Source of the DNA: Lytechinus pictus
Lineage: Eukaryota
DNA: 64,000 nt
Assembly (NCBI RefSeq): GCF_037042905.1
Contig: NC_087245.1
Span: 19,902,001 to 19,966,000 of the forward strand
Direction: 5' to 3'
Under the pieces are notes generated by a model that saw nothing but the letters and a program-made list of their open reading frames with translations, searched no databases and had not been told where the DNA came from. A program made the position numbers and the translations under genes. Below are positions 41,741 through 53,674 of this stretch, piece after piece. Each line of letters begins with the position of its first letter. The first letter of the stretch is position 1.

Positions 41741-42070
41741 CAGCATAGGAAATACATGAGCGTGACGGGTGATTTCGCCCTCATGACAGCCCAAATCATC
41801 CCTAAAATTCCCCCAAAATGCATGCTTTGGGGTGACTATTCTTTCTCAAATCACCCACAAGATCTGTACTAAACAATATTCAAGATTATTTAGAAAATTA
41901 ATGTTCTAAATGTGGCAGAAGAATAATATTTGATTTCAATGGACAATTACTTTTTTACCCCTGAAAAGTAGCCCTTCAATTGAAAGAAATAGCCCCCAAA
42001 TTCAGCAATTGCCCCAATGTGGAAAAGAGAAGTAGCCCCTAAAAAATAACAAAAAATGTTTCCTACCCTG
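41741..42070. mobile_element. hAT-like non-autonomous element, 330 bp, 8-bp TSD TACATGTA
   Basis: CAG...CTG termini; TIR CAGCATAGGAAA versus CAGGGTAGGAAA (10/12); TACATGTA directly on both sides (41733-41740, 42071-42078); internal (A/T)GCCC repeats. Confidence 0.8.
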
Positions 42071-42183
42071 TACATGTAGACTGATTTAATAGCAGTTGAT
42101 TATGATTATTAGGAAGATTATATACAACTTATAAGCCATCTCTATAGTAAAGCAAAATCAGACTGTTTGTTTCTGTTTTATTA

Positions 42184-42659
42184 GGTGGTTTCAGACCGCC
42201 TCGAAGTTCGCCAGTTCCAGGTATTCTCTGATCGGGAAATTTACCCCGATCAGAAAATACCAGGTATTTTGGCGGTGTGAAAGCAAACTACGCGTAATAT
42301 CCCCGAAAGAAAATACCCGATAAATAGTAGCTACTTGGCGAAATTACGAGAACTTTCGCGGGGATTTTTCCAAGGTCGTGGGTATTTTGGCGGTCTGAAA
42401 GCAAATTACGGGAACTTTTAGCCCAGCGTGTCGTTGGGTGCGGCGCCGTGCATGGGTTGCTGCTGGGCTAGTGATTTTGAATTTTGCGCCTTGCTGCTTA
42501 TCAGACCATACTGCGCATGCTCGTAACTTCAGGAACTTATCCCGAAGGGTATGTTTCAGGGCGGTGTGAATGCAGGAATAATTAATGGGTATTTTTCAGC
42601 CTAAAAAAGTTCTCGTAATTTAACGGGGATTCTTGTGATCGAGGCGGTTTGAAACCACC
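42184..42659 (-). mobile_element. 476-bp MITE, copy 2 (inverted relative to 5435-5910)
   Basis: Reverse complement of copy 1 with about 8 substitutions counted by eye; TA on both flanks. Confidence 0.93.
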
Positions 42660-44965
42660 TACTTCCACAGTTGGAGTTCAAGTGAATTTCAATAATTCGT
42701 CACCATTTTCACTTATACCATCCCAAGAGGATATCAAAGGAATTATAACAAACACATGTTTAAAGGTTTTTTTTGGGTTGAAACAATGTGATCTAATTGC
42801 ATCTTAAGTGAATTCATTGATTAAGAGTACAATATTTAAGGAATCAAGAGACACTTTCCACATTTATGAGATTATGATGCATGGATAGCTTAAATAAACA
42901 AATAAAATAACAAAATATTATCAGTTTCAATTCATTTATCAGATTTTGTCTTTTTGTGATACTTTGTGAAATGGTGACAAATTGATGCAAGAGAGCTTTC
43001 AAAATGTGTCACAGCTTAAGATTGAGTGATTACACTGTAACAATTTGAACTATTTAATCTGAACACAAACTAGATTTCACTCAACTCCTTATCTCAACAT
43101 GTTGCTAAAATAGCACCAAATCAAATGCAGGAAACCCATAGATATGCAATTTGTCACATGTCACATGTTCAGAAATAGTGGAAAATTGCATTCCTAACAC
43201 TTTCTCACTTTTAGCCAAAGTAACTTACAATAAATGGAAACTCTCTTTGGAATAAAATGAACATTCCCTTTTACCCTTCTACTTCTGACATGGTGTTTCA
43301 TTAGGTAGTCATACCCTTACGTTTTGGCTGTATTAGTGTTTAAAATGCCATTTACTAATATCAGGGAGACAACTTTCTAATCATTCTAAATCTGAAGGAA
43401 ATTCTCTTCCCCTAAGGAAGCTATCTTACTCCAAGAAAGGTTTGGTATCCAGGGATCTTTTAAAAGTAATTTTGCTCATTTGCATCTTCATGTGAAAAAG
43501 GGGAATTACTTCAAACTTTTGTAAAATTCTAGCGTAATTTCAATCTACAAGTACGTTTCTTTGCTTAAATATGGCTTATAAAGACAAGATTTTTTTTTTA
43601 ATAATTCATCACCTGACATGTTTCTCTCATCAGATGAATCTATTCAAAAACTCTATTCATCAAGCATTGGAGTCACTTTGAAACATTTTTTAACATTTCC
43701 TTAATGGCATATGCATACACCATCATTTCATGAAAACTATAACATAAAAAAAAAATGATTGTGGCCATGGCATTTATTCACATATCTGCTCTTTAAAAAA
43801 AAAGTCATATATGATCTCACCAGAGCAAAAGTTTTACTTTTGTTATACTTTTGTTATCTTCTTGATTATCATTTTTAAAAGAATTTATTTTTTAGGGTAA
43901 CTCCTACATCCATTTCATGAATGAAAGTTTAACTTGATTCAATAACCCTATTCAGATGAGAAATGGATAACTACAGAACACGACAGCTTTACATTATATA
44001 CTGTATGTTCTTGTTTACCTTTATTAATTCAATTCCTAATACTAGATTATTTGGGTTTTTTTCAAGAGAAAGACAGTGGGTGGCATTTCTATCCTTCCTG
44101 GTGCTATGAGAGTCATGTTTGTGAGAGGAAATTGGGATACTCTTGTCACTGGAGATGGGAGAAGGAAGCAAACTCTGATCATATTTCATCATTATATTCA
44201 AGATGATTTTGGAGTAGGTGCTTTGGTAAATGGCGAGTGGAGAGCTACCCATCTTTCCAATATTATAGGAAGTGATCATTTGATGGGCATGACGCAGGTG
44301 ATAAAATACATTTCTTTTTGTCTTAAAGAAAATAAAAGTAGGAAAATGTCAAAGTAAATACAATGATCAGTGGTTTCCTGACGGAAAGCCTTAATCTCTC
44401 TTTTTATGAAAATCTAAAGCTCGATTTCACAAAACGTAATGTCAGTATTAAATAAATTCATATTTTCTGCTCATGTTTAGTCTGTACGTGCATCACACTA
44501 GACACAGACAGAGATGATATATGTCATTTGAAAATATGTAGGCCTATCTCTTTTTTTATCAAGATACAATTATTACTACATGATCAGTACCTAACATTGT
44601 AATTACACAATTCTGTACAAAATCATTAAGTGAAATTAACGATCAAATAGATCCTTGGGAGTAGATAAAAATAGGATTTTACCATGAACTTCTTAAATTC
44701 AATTCTTTCATTACAAGGATATGTCTGGTATTTAAAGAAAAGGGATTTCCAAGTGAAGGATTTAAAAGACTGAATGCAGTAAGAAGATAATCAATAGAAA
44801 ACTAGGCTTGGTGCAATAACTAAAAGATTCAATTTTGAGAAGAAAGCAAGTGTATAAATAATTTCTATATTGATCCAAATTAACCTTGCCAACATACATA
44901 ATCGGAGCAAACTTGTTGCCTCGATGGAATTTCAAACTGCAATGGCTTTACACATGCACACGTCA

Positions 44966-45046
44966 CTATAGAGCCGGGGTAATAGTATGCAGCGCTTAGA
45001 AACATTTGTATTAAGCGCTATATAAATGTTGCATATTATTATTATA
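44966..45046 (+). mobile_element. 5'-truncated SINE/L2 tail
   Basis: GCCGGGGTAATA..GCGCTTAGAAAC..TAAGCGCTATATAAATG..(TAT)n, matching the tail of 38729-39075. Confidence 0.75.
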
Positions 45047-45275
45047 ATGCGAGTTCCCGGCTGTGATTAATTCACATGATATCCAACTAGTGATCACATG
45101 CACATTCTGAATCGATTTAAACTATTTACATAGCTTAGCACCTGACTTATTCTTCAATAAAGCTAACACTTGTCTCTCTCAAAATTTTACTGATCACTAA
45201 AATGATCATTACCTTATGACGTTTGGGGAAAAAATATGTTAAACTCCCTTTAGAAAATATACAGCCCTATTAAAG

Positions 45276-46285
45276 CATAGAGCTATTACAGAGGAGGACC
45301 GACTCTCTCGAACGCTTTGCACCATGCGTGGCACCGCTAATCCCCTCACAGCAGGTTGGTCCATCACGGCACTTTCACACTTACAGGCGCAGGCCGCCCG
45401 TAAATCAGCCCTAAATCAGATAGGGAAAGTTGACCGAATGCAATTTAAAACGCCGTCATTCGGACCAAATGGGTAATATCAATATAAATAAAATTTACAG
45501 ATCATAATGAACAAAATATCATAAAAGTTAGGTCTAGATCTATCTCTTCGAATGCGTCAGTTCAAATATTTTTCAGAAAAGGTCCGGAGCCGAGGCCTGT
45601 ACTGTGTGAATGAGCTGAGCTCGGAGCTCCTGCATCACACTCACCTTCAACTTACACAAATAGGAGTACGTACGTGGGGCACTGGAGGATACTCAACGAT
45701 GCATCAATCAACGTAGAAATGCCCTGTAGATTCGTCGTTATATTTTCAAGGCAAACATGACCAAACAAATAATCTTACCATCGAAATCAAGTTTAAAGTA
45801 TGCTTTTCCCCTCATTGTAATTTTTAAGACAGGGGCGCACAGGAAAAGGTTTAAATAAAGCAAGAAAAAGATACATACATAAATGACTAATATCCAACTT
45901 TCTTCGTACGTACCGTGGCTGGGTTGAATCAGATTGTAACGTATTTGGTATGTATGCAAAGGGGATCATCTCAGAAGTTCAACTATACATCGAAGACATA
46001 CATCAGGAATCTGTACGAAGCGATATGGATGTTGGAAGTACAGCAAGACGTGTTTTGATTTTGAAAAAAATCAGAGCTCAAAGGGAAGTTATGTGGAAGA
46101 ACGTCATTTACTCGCATGGACCTCAAATTTTACGAGCGGGCTTATCGCGTTACGTAAGCAGGCTCTTACTTTCGCCTGGCGGCTCGCCGATTGATTTTAG
46201 ATATCATTCCTTCGCCAGAGGGAAGCCATAACAAAGGATTAACAGAGGAATTGAAGGAAGGATCTCCTTCTGTAATAGCTCTATG
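45276..46285. mobile_element. Non-autonomous P-superfamily-like element, 1010 bp, 7-bp TSD
   Basis: TIRs CATAGAGCTATTACAGA(A)GGAG / CTCCTTCTGTAATAGCTCTATG; perfect TSD ATTAAAG at 45269-45275 and 46286-46292; CAT termini with 7-8 bp TSDs are typical of P/Galileo elements; no transposase ORF. Confidence 0.85.
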
Positions 46286-46408
46286 ATTAAAGTGCAATTT
46301 TCCCCTAATTTAACTAAAGAAAACGTTTTTCTGAATATTGTTCTATTTTAACAGAATTCACGTAAGATTATTCAAGAGATGAATTTTTCTGCAATAAAAA
46401 TTACCACT

Positions 46409-47622
46409 AAACAAGTGGAATGCCTCTGGCAGTCTCGCCTGCATTACGCAATTCGATATAGCAGCAGTGCATGCTGCCATTGAAAACAGCTAATGAATAA
46501 TTATTCACAGAAGAAATCACTAATATGATAATAAAATATGTCCACTGACCCAAAATGACCTCTGACCATAATCATGTGACCCAAGACATGTGAAAAACAA
46601 TCATACATGCTTGATTACCCTTATGTCGATGTTTCATGAGTTATAATCCATACACTTTTAAGTTATGATGCCAATTCAACACATACTCCCAACACGGCCA
46701 GATTTCATTGACCTTCAAATGACCTTTGATCTTGGCCATGTTCCTGAAATGCGCACAGGGTATTCAGGGATACATTGCTGCTCTTATGTCCAAGTTTCAT
46801 GAACTACATGTAGATCCATAAACTTTTAAATTTACATGTATGATGACAATTCCTCAAATACCCCAACATGGCCAAAGTTTGTTGACCCTAAGTGACCTTT
46901 GACCTTGGTCATGTGACCTGAAACTTGCACGTGATATACAAGAATACGTGGTTCCTCTTATGTCCAAGTTTCATGAACTAGATCCATAATCTTTTAAAGT
47001 TATGATGACAATTCCTCAAATACCCCAACATGGCCAAAGTTTGTTGACCCTAAGTGACCTTTGACCTTGGTCATGTGACCTGAAACTTGCACGTGATATA
47101 CAGGAATACATTGTTGCTCTTATGTCCAAGTTTCATGAACTAGATCCATAATCTTTTAAAGTTATGATGACAATTCCTCAAATAACCCCAACATGGCCAA
47201 AGTTCATTGACCGTAAGTGACCTTTGACCTTAATCATGTGACCTGAAACTCAGGCAGGATCTTCAGTGATACACTATTACCCTTATGTCTAAGTTTTATG
47301 AACTAGGTCCATATAAGTTATCATGACATTTCAAAAACTTATCCTTGGTTAAGATTTTGATATTGAGTCCCCCAACATGGTTTAAGTTCTTTGACCCTAA
47401 AAGACCTTGACCTTAGTCATGTGGCCTGAAACTCAGGTAGGATGTTCAGCCATACTTGATTACCTTTATGTCCAAGTTTAATGAACTAGGTCTAAATTCT
47501 TTCTAAGTTATAATGACATTTCAAAAACTTAACCTTGGTTAAGATTCAATGTTGACGACGCCGCCGCCGCCGACGGAAAAGCGGCGCCTAAGTCTCGCTC
47601 TGCTATGCAGGCGAGACAAAAA
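46409..47622 (+). mobile_element. Pearl/Tsp-like Helentron-associated element (HINE) with internal tandem array
   Basis: Starts AAACAAG; subterminal inverted repeat GTCTCGCCTGCAT (46432) / ATGCAGGCGAGAC (47605-47617); 3' hairpin; GAC/GCC microsatellite at ~47554; about 6 units of 162-184 bp with TGACCTTTGACCT and TATGTCCAAGTTTCATGAACTA. Confidence 0.85.
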
Positions 47623-50273
47623 AAATAGTCAATAAATATGGCTATCGTCTTGCAATGTTAAAAAAATATATATTTTGAAAACATTGAAACATTGTAAATG
47701 TGCACCTGATTCATCATATTCATCTCTATCGTGTAAAAAAAAATAATAAGAAAGTTTTTCAAATATATGTTAATTATAAATTCAATTTCTTGAAAGGATT
47801 CAAAGAAATAATAAATGGGGTCGTTTCAAATAAAAATTTACATTATCTAGAACCGATGATAGGGAAAGTAGTGCACTAGACTTGCACATCTAGGAAGATA
47901 ATCTAACCGGAGATTCAGGGAATTTATTTCAAAGTCATTAAGTACTTTCCTTCTAATGCCATATTCGTATCGAGATAAGAGAGTAAATACATGCACGAGT
48001 AAATCTGTTTGAGTGAAAACGATTATCTCTTTTCTCTAGCATAACATTAATATTATAAATCTAGACTGATACATCTTCAGGGTGAGCAAAATCTCAGTAG
48101 AGATAGACAAAAATAAAAAAATATACAAAAATAAAAATGTTTTCAGTATAATATTGCAAACTCACAAAATCATTAAAGAAGAAAAAAGTAAGAACTAAAT
48201 TCCCTAATTTCGAAGGCTAAATCCACATACCTTTTCTTTACTTGATGCTTGCTGTAGGAAACAGATTTCGCTTAAGTGTGTAAGATATTTTTAAATTTTT
48301 GATAATCTACAAATACTTGACCTAATATTTAGTTTATTATTGATCATATCAACCTTAATTCAGATAGTTAAAAAAATTATGTTAATCATTACTAGATTTA
48401 TGAATTTACATCTATCTTTTATCAAAATATCTCAGCCTCAAATTATTTAGCCATGTGACTTATGAAATGTTCAAAATCACAGCAATTTACAACATTCAAT
48501 TGAGGAAAAACATGTCAACAAATAGACATAAATTTTGTACCGAGAAACAATTCAGTTTGATTCTTTTAAACCCTTAAAATGTTTCAGATATATTTTCTCC
48601 TTACTAAATTCTAATATAGTCCTCTCTTCAGTCAGTACATGTAAAATTATTATGAAGGTTGTATGTACAGGTTTGTTGTGCTGGAGGTATACGCTTTGCT
48701 GTCATCATCATCATCATTAAAAAGGCAATATCTGATGAAATACATTTGATGGTCAGAGGGGGGTGGAGGGGGAGGGCCTGAAGCTCGGGGGGGGGGGGGG
48801 GTACGGTAAAGATGATATAAAAAGAAGGATTTTGAACACACATTGTAATAAGAATGATCTAATGAACATGTCTCTCTGCCCCAAGGCCAAGTAATTTCCG
48901 AAGGAGCAAATCATCAAACCGAAACTTTCCCATGAAAAAAAAAGACTGCTTTGCTGCGATGAAATAAGCCATGAGAATTCCTCCCCCCCCAAAAAAAAAA
49001 AAAAAAAAATAGTGAATATGAAGTGACCACAATTACCCTCAACACCAGCATCCAGAAGAGTAAGTAATATAAAGCTAACATCATTCTTGCTATCAGCATT
49101 TTCAAGGTATGTCTCATATGCATAAAGCCATATGAGATTCTAAATATGCTTTATAAATGTATCAAGATAAAAACTTATTTTTCAAATGCATGGAATGCCA
49201 AAAATAAGCAAGTTCATTATCCATATCAGGCTGAGTTGCAACTATTTGCTACAATGCAATAAATGATATTAAGAGGGAAAAAAAATGCTTTTTTACAACT
49301 TCTCAATATCTTTTTTTAACTGTCTGGGTTTTCAAAATTTGGAGTCTTTAATGTTTTTTTTTTCTTGGTGCTATACCGGTTATTTGTAAAGTTGACAGCT
49401 CACACAAAGTGGGAACAGACATTTTCTAATTATTTAAACAAAGTTTGACTACATCTTTTATGATTTTATTTTATGTAAAATTGTGACAAATAACACACTT
49501 TGCACTAAAATGAATATTTTGAATAAGACTGTAAGCAGAATTAAGCTAACCTGATGGGGAAATTTTTTTGGCTTGCCATACTCCAATCTCAAGAAGAGTC
49601 ATATATTTCATAACAGCTTTATATGAAACACTCCAGCCTAAGTATATAATCTGTGTCCCCAACAAGACAATTGTACATGCAGTACATAAACTTTTCACCC
49701 CTTTTCCTCCACTGGAGTCCTGTGTCTTGTGTAAATTAAAGTTAAGAGGCCATGGCAGAGTGAATGGCTCAAACCCACAGAAAATTAAAGTATTTGGTAT
49801 TCTGTTGGCATTCGATGAGCGCATTGATTGGTGTACCTCATCATCCTATTCCTATTCAGGTTTATATATATATATACATGTATACACATGTATATAAGGA
49901 TAGGACAAGGACGCTAAGAACATTTCAGAGAGAGGCAGTTTAAGGAGAATGAAAATGGCGAAACATTATCAATCAATAAAAAGAAAGCCTGAGTGTTTGG
50001 ACTATTTAGTTTGAGGTGATGTTAACAAATCTACTACAGAACCAAATTTGAAAGAGGGTTTGAAAAGGCAGATTGAGTACTTAAACTTAACACAATTTAA
50101 AGGAATTTAGAGAATACTGGCTATTAATTTGCCAGACAAACCACAGCTGTGAAATAATTATATGGTGTGAACTAGTGATTTTGGGAGTTAAAAAATGAAA
50201 AATTTGAACACAATAAGAAGAAACCCCTCTATAGACATAGACATAATTTTGACTTTTGATTCTTCATGCATGT

Positions 50274-50419
50274 GGGTGTGTCATAAAGCTGTTTGTAAGT
50301 TAAGAGCAACTTTAAGACTGACTGGTAACCTTTCTTTTGTTCAATGGTCATTGGCGATGGTTTAGCAGTCGTTCTTAAAGTCGCTCTTAACTCACGAACA
50401 GCTTTATGAAATAGCCCCC
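50274..50419. mobile_element. Foldback MITE
   Basis: ~44-bp inverted arms TCATAAAGCTGTTTGTAAGTTAAGAGCAACTTTAAGA / TCTTAAAGTCGCTCTTAACTCACGAACAGCTTTATGA; GGG..CCC termini. Confidence 0.8.
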
Positions 50420-51318
50420 TGGTATGGTTTGACATTGTGAATGTAGTTTAACCATGGATCAATATTATAAACATGTCTGAGAACTTGCATTAACAAATAT
50501 TCTTGAAATCCTCATTACAGGAAAACCTTTTGATCAAAGTCATCACTCTCATAAAAAAAGGAAGAAAAACAACTCTGAAATGATGCTATGGTGATAAACT
50601 TCAGTTATGATTTTTTCAGTTTTATTCAAGGTTTTATTTGGTAAATGATACATAAAAAGGGAACTGCGAGGGATAGAAAGACAGGTAAAAATGTCAGAGA
50701 GAAACCCACATTATTAATGGCCTCCAGTCTATTCACCATCATCCATATCCAACAAAAACAAAAGAATTCTAGAGACAATAAATGAAAAAAGAGAAAGGTA
50801 GCTGGTAAATCGTTAAAAATATAAAATAAAGCCGACATATATCTTTTAGAAGTGAAACTGAGTTAAACATGAAATTGAAGATAAAAAGAATTCAAGAAAA
50901 ATACAATGGAGGTGTATCGATGCTCCGTTTCCATAGTATTTTCAATTCATAGGCTATAAAACAAAAACACAGCTACCATCTCCATTTTTATCACAGCATA
51001 TATTTCTCAGCCTGAACTTTTTTAATATCATGGTCACCGTTTTATCAGCTGAATTAAAGGAGTAAGTTCTGAAGATAATAAAATGTGTCCAAATGTTTAA
51101 TAAGCAATATACCCTTAATAATAAAATTTCTTTCAATTGCAACCATTGTTAATTTTCATAATAATTCTCATTTGATATTTCTAATGCAACCTCTCACTAT
51201 TTTTCCCGCTTTGACAGAAAGTAGCCTGTTAGTGTTGAAGTTCTAATGCCAACCTTTTTCACACTCCCTTCAGTTTACTATTATTCCACATACATGTACA
51301 TCTTCACACCAATATACT

Positions 51319-51615
51319 TATCTATCTATCTATTTAACTAACTGACTGACTGACTGACCGACNNNNNNNNNNNNNNNNNNNNNNNNNNNNNNNNNNNNNN
51401 NNNNNNNNNNNNNNNNNNNNNNNNNNNNNNNNNNNNNNNNNNNNNNNNNNNNNNNNNNNNNNNNNNNNNNNNNNNNNNNNNNNNNNNNNNNNNNNNNNNN
51501 NNNNNNNNNNNNNNNNNNNNNNNNNNCGACCGACCGACCATCTATCTATCTGTCTATCTATTTAACTAACTGACTGACCGACCGATCGACCGACCATCTA
51601 TCTATCTATCTATCT
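51319..51615. repeat. Compound tetranucleotide microsatellite (TATC/TAAC/TGAC/CGAC) spanning a 164-N gap (51363-51526)
   Basis: Higher-order unit TATCTATC..TTTAACTAACTGACTGAC..CGACCGAC appears on both sides of the gap. Confidence 0.9.
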
Positions 51616-53541
51616 GGTGATCATCGTGTCTCACTACAACTTTGTTTGGTGGATGAATTTGCATTTCTTTTCATTCTTTTTTTACCCCTCTTTTCTGCCT
51701 CCAAGTCCAAGTCTTCTCTTCCAATTTATCTAGGTCAAGAAACCACAAACTTCTTGCCATGTCTTCCATTTCATGATAATTGATATTTGAGCTCACTTAT
51801 GTTGGTTAGAAAACCAGTGTTTTTTTGTGTTTTTTTTTCAAGGAAAAGACAAGTACACCTGTACGGCTTAATAGATATTCACATTTAGATTGAGGTTATG
51901 ACGTACAAAACCTTGGATAGGTCAGTAAAGTTCTTTTTTTTTCTTATTCAGGATAATACAGTATTATTCATTGCAATCAAAGACAAAGTATGATGAAAAT
52001 AAAATACTGATTAGAAATAGATTCAATAAAATAATATATTTGAAATATGGAATTTATTTCAAATATGGAATGATGTTAGGTTTGTCACACTTGCGGACAA
52101 TGGTGTATATTGCAATAATATATGTTGTAATCATCTTTATGAAAGTGTAAGTACAGAATAGGCAGGAACTACTGGATGACATTCTTTGTAACAGATCACA
52201 GGGAGCTGAGGAGCAACATCTGCAAAATATTAAAATAACTTTATAATATAAAATAAAAAAAATATGTACACAGAGTTTGCAGTTGATAACGAGATAAAAC
52301 ACAAAAGAAATCAACAGGAAATAACATGGATATCAAATATCTTCAAGAACTTTCTTGTGACATTGCATGATGACTTTATTTATACTGCCTCAATTAGTCA
52401 TGGACATAACAACTTGTTTGGAAATATAGGAAATAGGATATCAAAATAACATTTTCTTCACGTGGAAAGGTAATGCTCAACGTAATGACCACAGCTCCTA
52501 AGAAACTCCCCTTGCTCATGAAGAAAACTTGTCGTTTACCAGGGTCCATTAGGCACAGAAATTCTAACCAACATAGCAGTCGTTAGAAGACACGAAAAGC
52601 AAGGGGTGGGTCTACATGGTGAATATTTCATGAAGGTGGTTATAGGATCATGACAAAGCCAGGTTTGACAGTGTCGTAGATAATGTAAGCTTTCATTTGG
52701 AGGGTTCGTTTCAGCACCAAAATGGCACTTAAGATCTCGGGCACTGTACTAAAGAAATAGCTATCTTCCTTGATGAAGAAGGCTCGGCAGTCTGATTTTA
52801 GGATATAAGAGCCTCATCAAAAGTAAAGTGAAAGTTATTTTTGGTAGGCTATATAAATAAAATATTCATTTCCATTTGAAAACCTTATTCAATTCCAACC
52901 ATAGATTATTAACGATTATAGAAAGAAACTTACTTATTCATATCTATGAGAATTATCTCGCCCCCATCCCCTTAAGTTGAATTTGAAAAATAGACTGGTT
53001 GTACTAGGCCCACTGCAATTCAACATAAGTTTTAAAAAGAGATTATAAAGAGCTGCATATTCAAATATTTTATGCACCTACATTTCAGCGATTCTGTATT
53101 AAACGTATCTTGGTCTAATCTGTCCATATAATTATGTAGACAGACTATTATGAATCAAGACAGTGAGATATGAAAAAAACAACCTGTATACAAATACGGG
53201 GAATTCCCGCACAGAAATATTAATTATGGATTCATAGCTCTAAATAATACTATAATCTTGTAGGATTATCTGTTCGGGAAATTCATCTTTTATCAGGGGA
53301 GTAAACATGTAGGCTAAAGCAATGGGCAATGCTAAAGTGGTTAGAAACCACAGAAAGATGATATTTTATAAATACTGAGCACAACTTAAGATGGATTTTT
53401 CCTCAAAAATTGATTTTGAGGAAATACAACTGAAAGTTGAAATCTAGAATTAAGTGAACAATTCATTGCAAACATAAGACTATGAATTTTATGATTTGAT
53501 GTCACTACATGTATGTGACGTCCAAAGTCAATACAATATAC

Positions 53542-53674
53542 GGGGGCTGGTTCCACAAATCTTAGTAATCATCGTGGTACTTTTTTAAATGATTGATTGC
53601 AACGACTACAATGTACAATTAATCATGAAAATCAGTGCACATAATAAATTGCTAACATTTGTGTTACAGTACCC
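53542..53674. mobile_element. Decayed ~130-bp MITE
   Basis: Imperfect TIRs GGGGGCTGGTTCCACAAATCTTAG / CTAACATTTGTGTTACAGTACCC. Confidence 0.45.

Noticed and set aside
45722-45731. Partial match to miR-10 (CCCTGTAGAT)
   Set aside because: Only 10 nt, inside the P-like element, no hairpin
46540-47530. Tandem array as CRISPR or independent satellite
   Set aside because: Whole ~162-bp units repeat without unique spacers and lie inside HINE termini; eukaryotic context with no cas genes
50171-50183. Partial match to miR-7 (ACTAGTGATTTTG)
   Set aside because: Seed region GGAAGAC is absent and no precursor hairpin is evident
52710-52719. REST/RE1 site (TTCAGCACCA)
   Set aside because: Left half only; GGACAG half missing
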